DNA from: Lama glama | Lineage: Eukaryota | Assembly: GCA_028534125.1 (NCBI GenBank) | Contig: CM052816.1 | Span: 64,730,001-64,794,000 of the forward strand | Length of the DNA stretch: 64,000 nt | Direction: 5' to 3' | Shown: positions 48,640 to 61,655 of the stretch, piece by piece | Position numbering within the stretch: the stretch's first letter is position 1 | Layout: every line of letters starts with the position of its first letter | The notes under the pieces: model-generated | Database searches by the model: none | Told to the model about the DNA's origin: nothing | What the model saw: the letters and a program-made list of their open reading frames with translations, nothing else | Position numbers and translations under genes: made by a program

Positions 48640-50930
48640 TGCTTTTTAAAAATAAACTTTACTTTATTGATTCATAATCATTTTACAGTGTTGTGTCAAT
48701 AAAAAAAATTAAAAAAAAATAAACTTTACTTTAGAACAGTTTTAGATTTACAAAGTGAGTACAGAGAGCCCCATAAATGCATACCCAGTTTTCCCTATTA
48801 TTAACATCTTATATAAATATGGTACATTTGTTATAATTAATGAGCCAATATTGACACATTATTATTAACTAAAGTCCATACTTTATTCAGACAGCTTTCC
48901 TTAGTTTTTGCCTAATGTTCTTTTCTTTTCCAGGATCCCATCCAAGATACCACTACATTTAGTTGCCATGTCTCCCTAGGCTCCTCCTGGCTGTGATAGT
49001 ATCTCAGACTTTCTTTGATGACTTTGACTGTTTTGAAGAGTACTGGTCAGGTTTTTAGAAGGTCCCTCAATTAGAATTTGTCTGATGGTTTTCTCATGAT
49101 TAGGTGGGTTATTAGTTTTCAGGAGGAAGACAATAGAGGTAAAGTATCATTGTTACAAATCAAGGGTATGTGCTGTCAATGTGACTTTTCACTGCTGATA
49201 TTAACCCTGATCACCTGGTTGAGATAATGTTACTCTTTTTTTTTCCTTTTATACTTTATTCTTTGGAAGGGGGTCACTACATACAGTCACACGTAAGGAT
49301 ACCCCCTTGGGGGCAAAGTTATCTACGTAAATTATTTGAAATTCTTCTGCTTGGGTAAGTTGCCTGTTCTCTCTCATTTATTCATTCTCTCATTTATGTA
49401 TACTAGTACAGACTCATGAATATCTATTTTATATGTTGAGTTAAAATATAATCCACCTCATTCATTTTGCTGCTCAAATTCTTCCAACTTCTGTCATTGG
49501 GAGCTCTTCCAGAGGGCCTCTGTGTCACTCTGACATGTCTCCACTTACTGACTTTTTGGCACTGCAAGATGCTCCAGACTCATCTTCATATTCAGCCCTG
49601 GAATCAACGAATTCTCCAAGAGGATTTGACTGGAGAATGGTGTTAGAGACCAAGAGCTGGCACTAGGCATGCTCATCGCTACTGGGGTGTTATTGCATAT
49701 AAGCCTCCTCAGCTGGCAGAGCAAGGAAGTATATGTGTATATACTATCCAGTATATATGCATATGTCTATCAATGTTTCTATGTGTAACCATCTGCAGCT
49801 ATATTAAGATAAACATAAGTTCATGTTGATTTATTCATTATTTTAATCCATTAGTAAATGGATCATTTAACCTTTGCCCCTTGCTTATCTGTAACTCCAT
49901 GAGAAACCTGGCCCCAGCATCTGCCATCTATTTACTTAGCAGTTCAATTCTAATACACGTGAATAGTAGTTTCAGAACTGTTAACCCATATCCCACTTGG
50001 TCAACTAGTGTTCCTTTTGTCTTTCATTTACAGACTCCACCCATTTCCACAACCACTTAGGCCAGCACCTTCCCCCTTCATTGTCTTCAACGAGGTTGTT
50101 TCATGTATTTGTAATACAGTTAGACTGTTTTGTCACATTCTACCTTCCATCCTGGGACCCTCTCCACTGCTGAAAATTTTTTTTAATTTGCATCCTTTAA
50201 GCTTAACTTTTTGTGCTTTAAAAGCTCTTTGAGTTTTGCCAAATGTGTGATGTCATATATCCATCATTACAGTATCACACAGGATAGTTTCACTGCCCTA
50301 AAAAATCCTCTGTGTTTCAGTGGTTCAACCCTTCCCCATCCTGAACCCCTGGCATCAACTGATCTATTTACTATCTCTATAGTTTTGCTTTTTCCAGAAT
50401 GTCATATAAATGGGATTATGCAGTGTGTAGCCTTTTTACATTAGATAGTTTCATTTAGAAAGATGCATTTAGGATACTCTGTGTCTTTGTGTGGTTTAAT
50501 AGCTCATTCCTTTTTATTGCTCAATAATAATCCATTGTCTGGATGTAACAAAGTTCTTTACTCATTCACCTATTGAAAGACATCTTGGTTGCTTCCAGTG
50601 TGGGAGGATTATGAATAAAACTGCTATAAACATTGACATGCTGGTTTTTGTGAGGACATAGGCTTTCAAATCAGATGGATAAATACCTGGAAGCACAACT
50701 GTAGGGTAAGACTATGTGTAGCTTTTTTAAAACTGCCAAAATGTCTTCCAAAGTGACTGTACCACTTTGCATTTCTACCAGCAAGGAAGGAGAGTTTCCT
50801 GTTGCTCCACATTCTCACAAGAATTTGATATTTTCAGATTTTTGGATTTTAGACATTCTAATAGTTACATAGTATCATCTCAGTATTGCTATAGTTTGCA
50901 GTTTCCTCATGTCAGATGATATTTAGTATA
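48640..50930 (-). mobile_element. Old L1MC/MD-like long 3' UTR fragment
   Basis: tagaacagttttagatttaca...cattattattaactaaagtccatactttattcag...gactgtaccactttgcatttctaccagcaa. Confidence 0.8.
48667..48714 (+). mobile_element. 48-bp inverted L1 micro-insertion with a perfect 19-bp TSD
   Basis: aaaaataaactttacttta at 48648-48666 and 48715-48733. The insert is an inverted L1 terminus followed by tcaataaaaaaaa. Confidence 0.85.
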
Positions 50931-52465
50931 GTTAAGTTCTTTTTATTCCTCACATGGGATGCCTTTTATTTTCTGATCTTTGCAAATTTCCACACATTAT
51001 CCAGCCTTTGTTCAAGTGCTTTATCCTCGTAAAATCTCTACAAATCTTATGAGCCCTTAGCAGCACCTTCCTCTTTTGACTTTCTATTGCACTGTAGTGG
51101 AGTTACATCATACTCACATCTAATTTGCTCAAATTCAACTGCAGAGCCACAATCTTTTCCTGTGATTATGAAACCCAAAGTTTTAAGTTTGCAGCCATGT
51201 ATCTGGTGGCCAAACCTGACTTGGGCATTGAGAGACTATCTCTTTATTCATCCACATAGGGTCAATCTTCATATATTTTACTGCAGAAACATTAATGTGT
51301 TTGCCCAAACCTCTACTGCAATGTTAAATAAATATACTGTATATGTGCAACATATTACCCTGAAAATCATCCTAGGTTTAGTAATCCTTAGGGAAGTGGC
51401 AGTATTTTAATTTTCTAGGGACAGGGAGGAAATGGCTCTGAAGAGGTTGAGAGATCCCTTTGCCTTCTGAGAGCAGAGGGGACTTTCATCTTCCTTTGAT
51501 AGTGTCTCTGGAGAGAAATGGCTTCAGGGGGCATTTGGTTAGACAGGTCCAGAAAGATCCTAGTAAAGATTTCTGGGCCTTGAGGTTGGTCCTAATGTAG
51601 AAAGGAGCTGTTGTATCTATGGGGAGAGGGAGGGAAGGTCAGTGAGCATCACAAGTGTCATCTCTTAGGTAAGGAGACAAAAGTCATGCTCCCTCACCCA
51701 CTCCTTCCCAGACCTTGAGAAAACCATGGAAAGAACTGAGGGTATATTTTTATCTGTTAAATGGGACCAAACAAGTAAGAATACAGGTCAGGTTATAAGT
51801 CAAGTTGGACTATGAAAAACAGAAGAGGTTCTATTTCTTAGAGTCATGAGTTAAGAGTCCTACCTGGCACACAGAGGTAAAATGACACCTAGTCTTCGCA
51901 CAGAGGACTAGATATCCATATTATTGAGATAAACTGCCCAACGCACATCTGGAAGGTATTTGAATCAGCAATCAAATCTGACTAGTGATTCACAGATCAA
52001 TGTAGTTTCCTCTGGTTTTCATATGTTGATAGCCCTGTGGTGTCCCATGGACTGATTACTTACATTATGGTATTTATCCATATATTTTCCCCACCTGTGT
52101 GCTCCATCACTTTCCAACTTTCTTCCTGGTACCATTTTGTGAAGTGAATCAAGATAAATGCTTTTCACAATTCCCCTACCCATCGTAAGAGTAATCACAG
52201 TTGCCAAGAGAGAAGTTTTAAGACTGTGATTTGTAAGAATATAAATCGGTTTTATACCTACAGGCAAAGCAGCCTAGCATGGCAGTTCCTCATTTAAAAT
52301 GCATTACCTTTGTCATTATTTACTTCTTTCACTGGAGAGCACTTTTGTATGAATGTGCCGTATATTTTGTCCTAGTTGAATCAAACAAAGAGTTAATTTA
52401 AAGGAGTAGTATCTAATTTCTTGTCCCTGGCTATAAAAGGGAAGGGAGCATCTGTTTCTTCTGGA

Positions 52466-52545
52466 TGGTGGTGGTGATAGTGGTAGTGGTGGTGCTGGCT
52501 GATACTGATGGTGATGGTGGTGGTGATGGTGGGTGGTGGTGTGGT
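52466..52545. repeat. Imperfect (TGG)n trinucleotide repeat
   Basis: tggtggtggtgatagtggtagtggtggtgctgg... read directly. Confidence 0.9.
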
Positions 52546-53729
52546 ATGTGTAAAGCATTTTGTTTTTTAAGCCATTAGTTTGAGTAATTTAATTCATACT
52601 ATCCAGTTATAAGTTTAAAAAAAAAATTCTTGAAAGGAAGCTGATTCCCCTTGTTTGACATCATATAGTAACTATCTACCCAATGTTTTTTTTTTTCACT
52701 TTGACAGGTAAAATAAACAAAATCCATTTTTCTCTAGGCAAAAAGAAAACTTCAGACATTTGTTATCAAATAAACAATATAGATACACTTAAGTATTTCT
52801 AGCTACTTTGCTCTGAACTTTTAATAAAAAGTCATGTCTCTGACACAGAGATTGTAAAATGGAAGAATAAAAGCTCCTAGTGTAAAACATTTCAGTAACA
52901 TCAGATTACGGTATGTTTTCTGATACACTAATTTTTTCAAATGTGCCCTTGTTGGAGCTGTGTTTTAATGGCAGTACATATCCAGTTGGCAAACACGTAA
53001 AAGACACAGCTTTTTTATAGTCGAAGACAATCTGGGATAATATATGGAAAAAGACATGGACTGTATTGATAAATAACTTTCTATACTGATACATAAAATA
53101 AGAAAATGGGGCAGAGTATTACCATGGCTATTAACAGACAGATGGTGGGGTGCTTCAATATTGCAAGAGCTACATTTCAATTCTGTCCCCCTAATTAGTT
53201 GGTAATTGAATAACATATTGATTCTTTAGTTTCTCCTTCCCTTATTTTTATAATTAAAAAAGGGAAAGGGTTGTTAGAATAAGGTAGAAATGTTTGGTTC
53301 ATGTGTTTAGAGGCCGTGGAGGAAAGAAGTTCTGTGCATCTGTGTTCATTAGGGAGGCCTTCCAGGAGAAGAGCACCAAGACAAGCCCATAATGATTTTG
53401 TTGTTAAGAAGTCATATTTTTTTTTACAATGCTTACAATGTGAAACTTTCAATGCTTAGTTGATTGTAGCCTTAAATGCCCTGCAGAAGAGAAACAATTT
53501 TATTCCAGTTTAAGTATAGATTTAGGAAGAAGCAACAACTTCATTATTTCTATTGTTTTTGTTTTTTCTCCTAATTCTTCTTTTCAAATATGTTCCTTTT
53601 CTCCCTCTAATTTAAAAGATAGTATAGGTTAAAAGTAAAAATGTGGAAAACACAAAAAGTAGAGTTGGAAAATGAAAAATCTACCATATTCCTGCCATCC
53701 AAAGAGATCCACTGTTAACATTTTGTTAG

Positions 53730-53950
53730 AGGTTTCAGGTAACTCTTGGCAAATAATACTGCTTAACTAACAACCTCAAAACTCTCTATGGTTTACAACA
53801 ACAAATATTTATTTTCCACTCATGGGTCTATGGGTCTGTGGGTTGGTTAGGTTGATTTTGGCTAGACTTTGTTTGGTCTGGCTCTAAGTAACAGGTCCCG
53901 GTTGAGCCCATGTCATGTGACATATTTGGGGCCCCCAGTTTAAGAGACAG
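53730..53950 (-). mobile_element. MLT1-type LTR fragment
   Basis: aataatactgcttaactaacaacctcaaaactc...tttacaacaacaaatatttatt...ctcatgggtct. Confidence 0.6.
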
Positions 53951-54114
53951 AACTACAATTTTCTAGTGAAATGACATGAAGGGGGTATAAGCTAGACTGG
54001 GAAAGAGTGGGTGAGGCTGTAGATGAAGTAGTGTTGGCCATTGATTGCTAATTACTAACATTGTGGATTTGCTGTACTATTCTTTCCACTCTTATGTTTA
54101 AATTTTTACGTAGT

Positions 54115-54235
54115 GGGGAAGGGTATAGCTCAGTAGTAGAGTGCCTACTTAGCATGCATGAGGTCCTGGGTTCAATCCCCAGTACCTCCATTAAATAAAT
54201 AAACAAACAAACCTAATTACTACCTCCCCCAAAAC
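54115..54235 (+). mobile_element. tRNA-Ala-derived SINE (Vic-1-like), copy 6
   Basis: Full head, cctaattac segment and tail. 15-bp TSD aaatttttacgtagt (54100-54114) / aaaattttacatagt (54236-54250). Confidence 0.92.
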
Positions 54236-55189
54236 AAAATTTTACATAGTAAAGAGGTAAATTTGTATCTAGAATAGTGCTCTTACTATTAGAAAAATTC
54301 TTTAATACCAGTCCTTTAATATCTACATACTGCATTATTATTAATTTATTTGGTAGCAAATTCTGCACATTCAGTGTCTAACCTGTGATCTGGTAATGGT
54401 CATGAGCTGGTCTTAAGATCCTTCCAAAGGCCCATTAATTTTTATTACTCCTGACTTCTTATTTGATTTACTATGTTTTCAATAACAGATCCAGACAAAA
54501 CTGGAAAATGTTTTAATAATGGATCCACCAGGATTACCATCCCCTCCTCCCATCCCTGGCCAGGAATAGTCATACCCAAAGTAATTATAAAGTTTGTTTA
54601 TCCATAGACCATCTGACACCCTATGTATTTGCTGTAGTTCCCAGGGTTTATCAGCTGCATTCCTCTATTAAACTGTGAGAGGGCTCCTTTCAGTGGGGAC
54701 TGAGCAGAAGGGCTCTCTATTCTGACCCCACCCGGCTCCATCTACCCCTGCATTTAAGAAGGTAAGACATCCTCAAAGAGGGGCTAGCTCATCATAGTCT
54801 CCTTTAGACTGAGGTCGAGGAAGATCACAGCCATTAGGACCAAATCTCCTTTTCCCACAGGGGGACTAATACAGGACATCCTCTCTGTCATCAAATGCAA
54901 CTGTAAACCCCCCACAGTCATCGGACACATCCACTGATGGGAAATTCAGCCATAAGACTGAGAATGATCTATCTGCACAGCCCTATCAGGAGTTTCACCT
55001 ATAAGAATAATCTATCTGTGGAATAAGGACAGCATTCCCAGGAAGTCATCACTTGCTGAATATTCTGAGTTCTTTGATTTTTAAGCACCTATAATGCCAC
55101 TAATTCTTCTACTAGACACAGGTGAATCAACAGTCTTAACTGGTAGTTGGAGTTACTTTCTTTGTAGTGCTAGAAATTTCACTATTTGA

Positions 55190-55761
55190 TGTGGTTATCT
55201 ACTGTTGCACAACAAATCACCCCAACAAATCAAACGTAATGGTATTTAAGAGACCAACAACTGCAGATTCTGTGAATCAAGAATTCAGATAGGACACAGC
55301 ACATATGTTGGTCTCTGTTCCATGATGCCTGGGGCCTCTTATTCTGAAGATTCAAAAGGCTGGGAATGTCTTGAAAGGCTGAGGGCTGAAATCACCTGGA
55401 GGTGTCTTTATTCACATGTCTGGCAGCTGGGCTGAGATGGCTCCAAGGCTGGGCTCAGCTGGGCTGTCAGCCACACTAACACTTGGCCTCTTCCAAGCTT
55501 GGCTTTTCACAGCATGATCGCTGGGTTCCTAGAGTGAGGACCCAGTGAAGGAACTCCTGTAGAGTGAGCAGTCCAAGAAAACTGGGGGGAAGCTGCATGG
55601 CCTTTCAGGACCAATTTCCAGAAACCACAAAGCATCACTTCTGCCAGACTCTTACCAGCCGAAAACAGGTACACCACCACTGGATTCATCCGGGAGACAG
55701 AGCCCACCTCTTAACAGGAGGTATTTCAAAGCATTTGGGGGGCATGTTTTAAAACCGTCAC
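55190..55761 (-). mobile_element. MLT1F/H-like MaLR LTR
   Basis: ttatctactgttgcacaacaaatcacccc...ttcacatgtctggcag...agcatcacttctgcc...catgttttaaaaccgtcaCA. Confidence 0.8.
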
Positions 55762-56539
55762 ACAGCTTCAGATTCCAGGGGGAGCTGCTGTGCCTTCAGA
55801 ATCCCCAGGTGAGGGGCTTTGCTGTCGGCATGACAACCAGCATGAGTGCAGGGTAAGTGCTGTCTGGCTTTGCAGTCTGAACAGAGTGCTTTCATATTCT
55901 TGTTTCTTTTCCAAAGTGCTTTCCCAGCATTCTTATCTCTGAAACAAAATGTATAAGTTTGACTATTTCACTTGTATTTTTAGAGTTTTTTAAAGGCTCA
56001 ATTCTTTTCTATATCTTCTGAGGAGCTTTTCAAATAGATCATTGGTTTTGGTGTTAGGGAAAGAAATGTTTCCTCTGGCTGTGCAGCCTCTGGTTTCTTG
56101 AATTCAATGGATAAACCAGTTGAGGTCATAGTCCTTGCAGGGCAGGGTGTTTTTGACACCCCTCCAGCTGTAGTAGCTGCAAGAGGCCCCTTCACCCTGT
56201 GTCCTCACCAGTTGGATGTTGCCAGAGAATTAGGCAGGCTTCCACCCTTATCTCCTCAACACCCGATACCAACCATTTCATGTAATTGTTGGCTACTTCT
56301 GTTTTATCCCTGGCAAAATTCATGTGCTGTCCTTTGCTCATTTTTCTATTAATTAAGCTCTTTGCATTTTTGAAACAAAAGCTCTTTTTATGTTTACAGA
56401 GCAACCCTATGTTTTTTCATTTTAAAATGAAACATTTAAAAATAGTCTTATTTTTACTTTTTCTTTCATTTCTTTTTATTCTGTACTCTAATTTCTGTAA
56501 CAAACATATGTCCTTAAAAAAAAAAAAAACCACAAACAC

Positions 56540-57185
56540 CCCTTAGGATGGCTACCATTTAAAAAAACAAACAGGGATTACCAAAGGTTGGTAAATTGGA
56601 GAAATCGAAGTCCTTTTGCAGCTGCAATGGAGAAAAGTTTGGTAGTTCTGCAAAAAAAAAATTAAAAATACAATTACCATATGAACCAGCAATCCCACCT
56701 TTGGGTATATATGCAAAAGAATTGAAGCAGGGGCTCAAAGAGCTATTTGTACATGCATGTTCATAGCATTCTTCACATTAGCCAAAAAGTGGAAGTAACT
56801 CAAGTGTCCATTAAGGACAAATGGATAGGCAAACTGTGATATATACAGACAATGGAATATTATTCAGCCTTAAAAAGGAAGGATATTCTGACCTATGGCA
56901 CACCATGAATGGACCTTAAAGACATTATGGTAAATAAAAGAAGCCAGATACAAAAAGACAAATACAGTATGATTCCACTTACATGAGGTACCTAGAGTAG
57001 TCAAAGTAGAGGGGTGGTTGCCAGGGGCTGGAGGAAGAGAGGGGTGGGGAGTGGTTTAATGGGTACAGAGTTTCAGCTTCACAAGATGGAAAGAGTTCTG
57101 GAGATTGGTTATACAACAAGTGCATGTGCTTAGCACTACTTGAACTGTACACTTGAAAATAGTTAAGATGGTAACTTTTATGTTA
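56540..57185 (+). mobile_element. L1MB-like 3' end
   Basis: ttaggatggctac...caattaccatatgaaccagcaatcccac...gaactgtacacttgaaaatagttaagatggtaacttttatg. Similar to 29702-30315. Confidence 0.88.
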
Positions 57186-57929
57186 CTCCTTCCTCTTTCC
57201 ATTTACTATGTCTGTCAGACTTGGTGTCAGTTTTGCTAAAATTGTAAAAGGGATTGGGAAGCTTTAACTTTTTTTTTTTTTTAGAATACTTTCACTTGGC
57301 TTACAAATTGTATGCAGCTTTAAGGAGTCACTGAGGTTATTCTTTGGACTGCCTTCCTCCCAGCTATCACTGCTAAAATTCTCCACCATTCCATGGCTGG
57401 CACAGACCACGTTTTTGGGGGTGCTACCTCTTATGAGGGCAAAAGGTCAGATCTTCTGGAGTAAAGGGAGGGCGAAGGTCAGCCCTGTGCTTACACACTT
57501 CCCTCCCTTAAGGTCTCGCCCATCCTTTCCTCCTTCCTGGCAAAGATCCAAACAAATTTCCAGCTCTTATCCCATCTCTTGCTCTTGCTCCAAAGACCTC
57601 CACCCTGCCTTTGAAGGCTTTTGAAGCATGTTTGTCTGTTGGTCTTGTGTACCCATGTGTTCCTAAACTCTCACCATTATCAACTCCCATCTCACTTTTA
57701 TGTTTCCCTTCTTAATATCAAAGAAAAAAGGGGAAGAGAGCATGGGGGTTGAGGGCGGAGGGTGGGGGAATTCAGAGAGGAGCCCATGAACTAGGCTTCT
57801 TGTTGTCTGTAGCAGTTTTTAGAGAGCCACAAAATGGGTGGGTGCTAGCTTCAGCAACAGGAAGTGACGGTGATATTTTAACGTCCCCACCCTAGGATGT
57901 TTTTCTCGCCTGCTCTCTGTGCACTACTG

Positions 57930-58602
57930 CAAAGGCCTTCCAGCTAGAGTGCTATCATGCACACTTACCCCAGCCAATCTTGTCTACCTTCGTCAATATT
58001 CATTTTAAAATATAGATCTAATTCTGCCTCTCTCCTGCTTAAGCCCTTTAAGAGCTTCCCATGACTTGGATGATGAAGACTGAAACCCTTGACATGCTCT
58101 TAAGGACCTATGGAGTCAGCATATGCCCAGCTTTCCAGCTACCCCATCCATAGTCCCTCACCCTAGCTTATGACTGAATAAAGAACGCACGTTCTTTTGC
58201 ATTCTCAAATGTTCCAAGTTCCTCTCCAAGCTCCTGTCTAGAACCTGCCAGACTCACTACTCTCATACTCTCTGCCACCACCACCACTTCCCCCAACACA
58301 CACAAACCCCTTACCCTTGACCTGAGTAATTCCTATCCATTTTTCAGATCTTAGATCTCAGTTCCTCTTTTAAGGAAATCCTTCCCAACCCGGAGTATAT
58401 CACACTGCCTGTTGTATGCCTAGAACTCAGTGTGCCTATTTTTAGACCACTTACAGTATTTTTGTTAAATATTGTATGGTCATCTGATTCATATTTGCCC
58501 TCTCCACTAGACTGGAAGCACAGGAAGGCCATGGCTATGCTTGTCTTGCTTCAAATCTTATCTGGGTTGTTTAGCAGAGTAAGCATTCAAAAAATATTTG
58601 TT
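57930..58602 (+). mobile_element. L2 3' end
   Basis: ctctcctgcttaagcccttta...ccactagactggaagc...cattcaaaaaatatttgtt. Confidence 0.75.
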
Positions 58603-58603
58603 A

Positions 58604-58835
58604 ATCCCATATATAAGTGATATGATATTTGTCTTTCTCTGTCTGACTTATTTCACTTAATATGATAATCTCTGGATCCATCTATGTTGCTGCAAACTGC
58701 ATTATTTCATTCTTTGTTATGGCTGAGTGGTATTCCATTGCTGAATAAGAATATATATGCATAATTGAATCATGTGTCCACCAGAAACTAACACAACATT
58801 GTAAATCAACTATAATTCAATAAATTTTCTTTTAA
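58604..58835. mobile_element. 5'-inverted L1 3' fragment
   Basis: 58604-58740 matches the minus-strand L1 sequence at 9836-9971. 58750-58825 matches the plus-strand L1 terminus at 8910-8992. Confidence 0.8.
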
Positions 58836-59039
58836 TTTGTTGGGTCAATATAGATATGTAAAGATGTAACCCTATTCTTTATTATGCTGGGTCAGGTATT
58901 GAAGAGTAGAGGGGTTAATACATAAGACCTTATTTTTCACCTGCCCAAATTTGGAACGAACTTGGAGATAGATCCAGGAGTCAGGCAGATAAAGATAAAA
59001 AGCTTCACTGTTAAGTTTTGAAGAGAAATGATGTGACAA

Positions 59040-60590
59040 ATACCATCTGCGATTAAAAGGAATGGGTACTCCTTGGAGAAGTGGTTGATTCCAGGTCTTG
59101 AGAAGGAAATATATTAGATGAGCTTAAACCATCTTGCAGCAGAAATAAAGACACTATTCAAAGACTAATGGGGATATATGGAAACAACACAAGAGCTGGT
59201 TTCAAGAAGGCAAATGACAGTAATGGGCCATAATTCATTAAATAAACAAGGAATCCATGAGTCCATAATGATATTCAAAAAAAGCAGGCAGTGAGGGGAA
59301 GGGAGGAAAGCTCTTCTTTACAAAAGAATTCCAGATTAAAAATGCAGAAGGAATAATAGAATTAGAAAATCACTATTTGCAAGCACCATTGTAATAACTG
59401 ATTTTCCATAGATGCTAAAACCAATGAGAGTAAGTTTGTTGGGGAACAGGATATTCATATAAGCTCACAGTGTCAGCTGACAGGTTATGTATTAAGTACA
59501 AAGGGAAAAGATACCTTTAAAATGAAGAGATCTGGTGGGCACTACCTTAACCCAAGTGATTAAATCTGGCATCAGAGATAATGGAACAAGCTGACATTAT
59601 GTTCTTCCTGATGTGATGCAATTGGAAGCACATAACATCATGGGCATGGTATTCTTGCTTAATATCCAACATGAATCAATCATAAGGAAGCATCATTATG
59701 GCATATTCTATGACACAGATGGTCTGGCCTCTTCAAACTTGTCATGTCTTCTTAAAAGGAGGGAGATTATTCTAGATTATGGTGAGTAAAGAGAGAAGAC
59801 AGTTAAATGCAGTGTATGGTTCTAAAACAGGTGCTGAAAGAGTAAGAAAACTAAAAATTGCTCTTTGAGTTGTTCAGGCTTGTACTTCTAGCTAAACTGA
59901 TCTTATGATGAACGGCACCCCTCCCTGTGTACTGTTTTCTTAGAATAACTTATCCTTTTACCCTAGAGGTCTTGAAAGAAGGTCATGGACTGAACCTCAA
60001 GAAAATGGGCAGACCCCCCTCAATTCCTCCATAAGAACAGCAAGTTCTTATCAAGATGTAGAGAATGTAACACCCTGTAAAATGCCCTGATTGCTATCAC
60101 CTTTTCTGTTCCATCCAGTTTTTCTATAATACCTCAAGACCCCAACTCCAAGACTGGCTCACTATCTCTAAGGCATCAGCCTGCTGTGACTCCCTTTACC
60201 AGGCAAAGCAAGAAAGGTGTTCTTTTATATCCTCCCAAAACTCTCAATTTGGCTCTCAGGGTACGGAGGCTGATATTTTTGGTGACAATACGAAAGAAAT
60301 TTTGAGATAAGTGGGAGAAAGTTAAATATGGATTGTATATTAGATAGTAATATATCAATGTTAAATTTCCTGAGGGTAAAAATTATATTGTGGTTAAGTA
60401 AAAAACGCCCTTGTTCTTGAGATACCTATTGAACTATATACATTCAGCCAAAAAAAAAAAAAAAAGAAAAGAAAAAAGAGAAAGATGGCAAATGAAGTAC
60501 AATGCTAACAAGTGATGAATGTATTGAATGTATGTGGCAAGTATATAGGTGTCACTATTCTTTGAACTCTTTCTAAATAAAAGTTGGGGA
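59040..60590 (+). mobile_element. Old L1MC-like 3' UTR, interrupted by an LTR
   Basis: tactccttggagaagtggttgattccagg...tctggtgggcactaccttaacccaagtgat...atatcaatgttaaatttcctgag. Confidence 0.7.
59865..60287 (+). mobile_element. Probable ERV1-type solo LTR
   Basis: TATA-like ctataata at ~60125, degenerate poly(A) signal gcaagaaag at ~60210, and a U5-like end cccaaaactctc...ggctgatatttttggtgaCA. It interrupts the L1MC. The 5' boundary is uncertain. Confidence 0.6.
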
Positions 60591-60916
60591 AGTAGGTGGT
60601 TCAGAGTAGGTGGCTTTAAGTCTGTTGACTAAGTGGACTTGCTGATACTCCCCTGTATCTAAATTAGCTAGACTTACCTTGTTATAATCACTCCTGGAAA
60701 ACCATAGGCTTCTCCCACCTCCTGCTGCCTCTGCCCCTTGCCACAGGGCCTGCTATCACACAATTTATGGCTCAGAGTAGCAGAACAGAATTGGTAAACT
60801 TTGGAGGAAGGGAGATCCCACAGAAAATCCAGTAAAGCCTGAGTCGTGCTTGCCCAGTTTTACCTTCTAAACTCACTATTCAGAGAAGTTACCAGGCCAG
60901 AAATATTCTTATAGGG

Positions 60917-61073
60917 CAATGGTTCTCACAGTAGGTTGTGCATCAGAATTGGGAATCCTATACCCAGGCCATACCCCAATGCAATTAAATCACAATCTGT
61001 GAAGGTGGAACCCAGGCATCAGTAATTTCTGAAGCTCCTCAAGTGGCTCCAATGTGCAGTTTGAGAACCGCTA
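60917..61073. mobile_element. MER5A-like MITE
   Basis: caatggttctca...gcatcagaat...aattaaatcacaatct...ttgagaaccgct. Confidence 0.78.
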
Positions 61074-61289
61074 CTCTAAGGAAGTCTCTCCTTGCAGAAA
61101 TATGATTAAACAAGGTATCAGTATTTACTTCTAGTATGAGCCGGGGAAGACCCCAGTGTGTGAGAGGATGCAGACCCAGAAGTGAAAAAGGCTCCTAGAG
61201 GCTTTACAGAATAAAGATAGAGTCCTCCCACACAGCATCCAGCTCCTTCCCAGCTGTAGTGTCTAGCCTTGCCCACAGCACTGCAGAAC

Positions 61290-61655
61290 TTTCTTATTAG
61301 TTCTAGCTATTTTGTAGACCTCATAGGAGTTTTTACATAGGCTACCACGTTGTCTGCAAATAAAGGTAGTTTTACTTATTCTTTCCCACCTAGGTTTTTT
61401 TCTTGCCTCATTGTGCTAGCTAGATCCTCCAGTACGATGTCAAATAGAAATGGTGAGAGCAGATATCCTTGTCTTGTTGCTGATCTTAGGAAGAAAGCAT
61501 TCAGGCTTGCACCATTAAGTATGCTGTTACCTGAGGATTTTCATAGATCCTTATTAGTAGGGTGAGGAAGCTACCTTGCATTCTCTAGTTTGTTGAGAGA
61601 TTTTTTCTTTTGTAATACGGAATGGATGTTGGATAATGACAAATGCTTTTTCTAT
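61290..61655 (-). mobile_element. Old L1M ORF2 (RT region) fragment
   Basis: gtctgcaaataaagg...aatagaaatggtgagagcagatatccttgtcttgttgctgatcttagg is homologous to 11620-11800. Confidence 0.85.

Noticed and set aside
52316..52558. Minus-strand ORF with poly-His and Pro-rich tract
   Set aside because: It is a translation of the (TGG)n simple repeat, with no splice context or recognisable domain.
54115..54190. tRNA-Ala gene (also at 1720, 6450, 20405, 31556 and 35451)
   Set aside because: Stem mismatches, shared non-tRNA 3' extensions, simple-repeat tails and TSDs show these are SINE copies.
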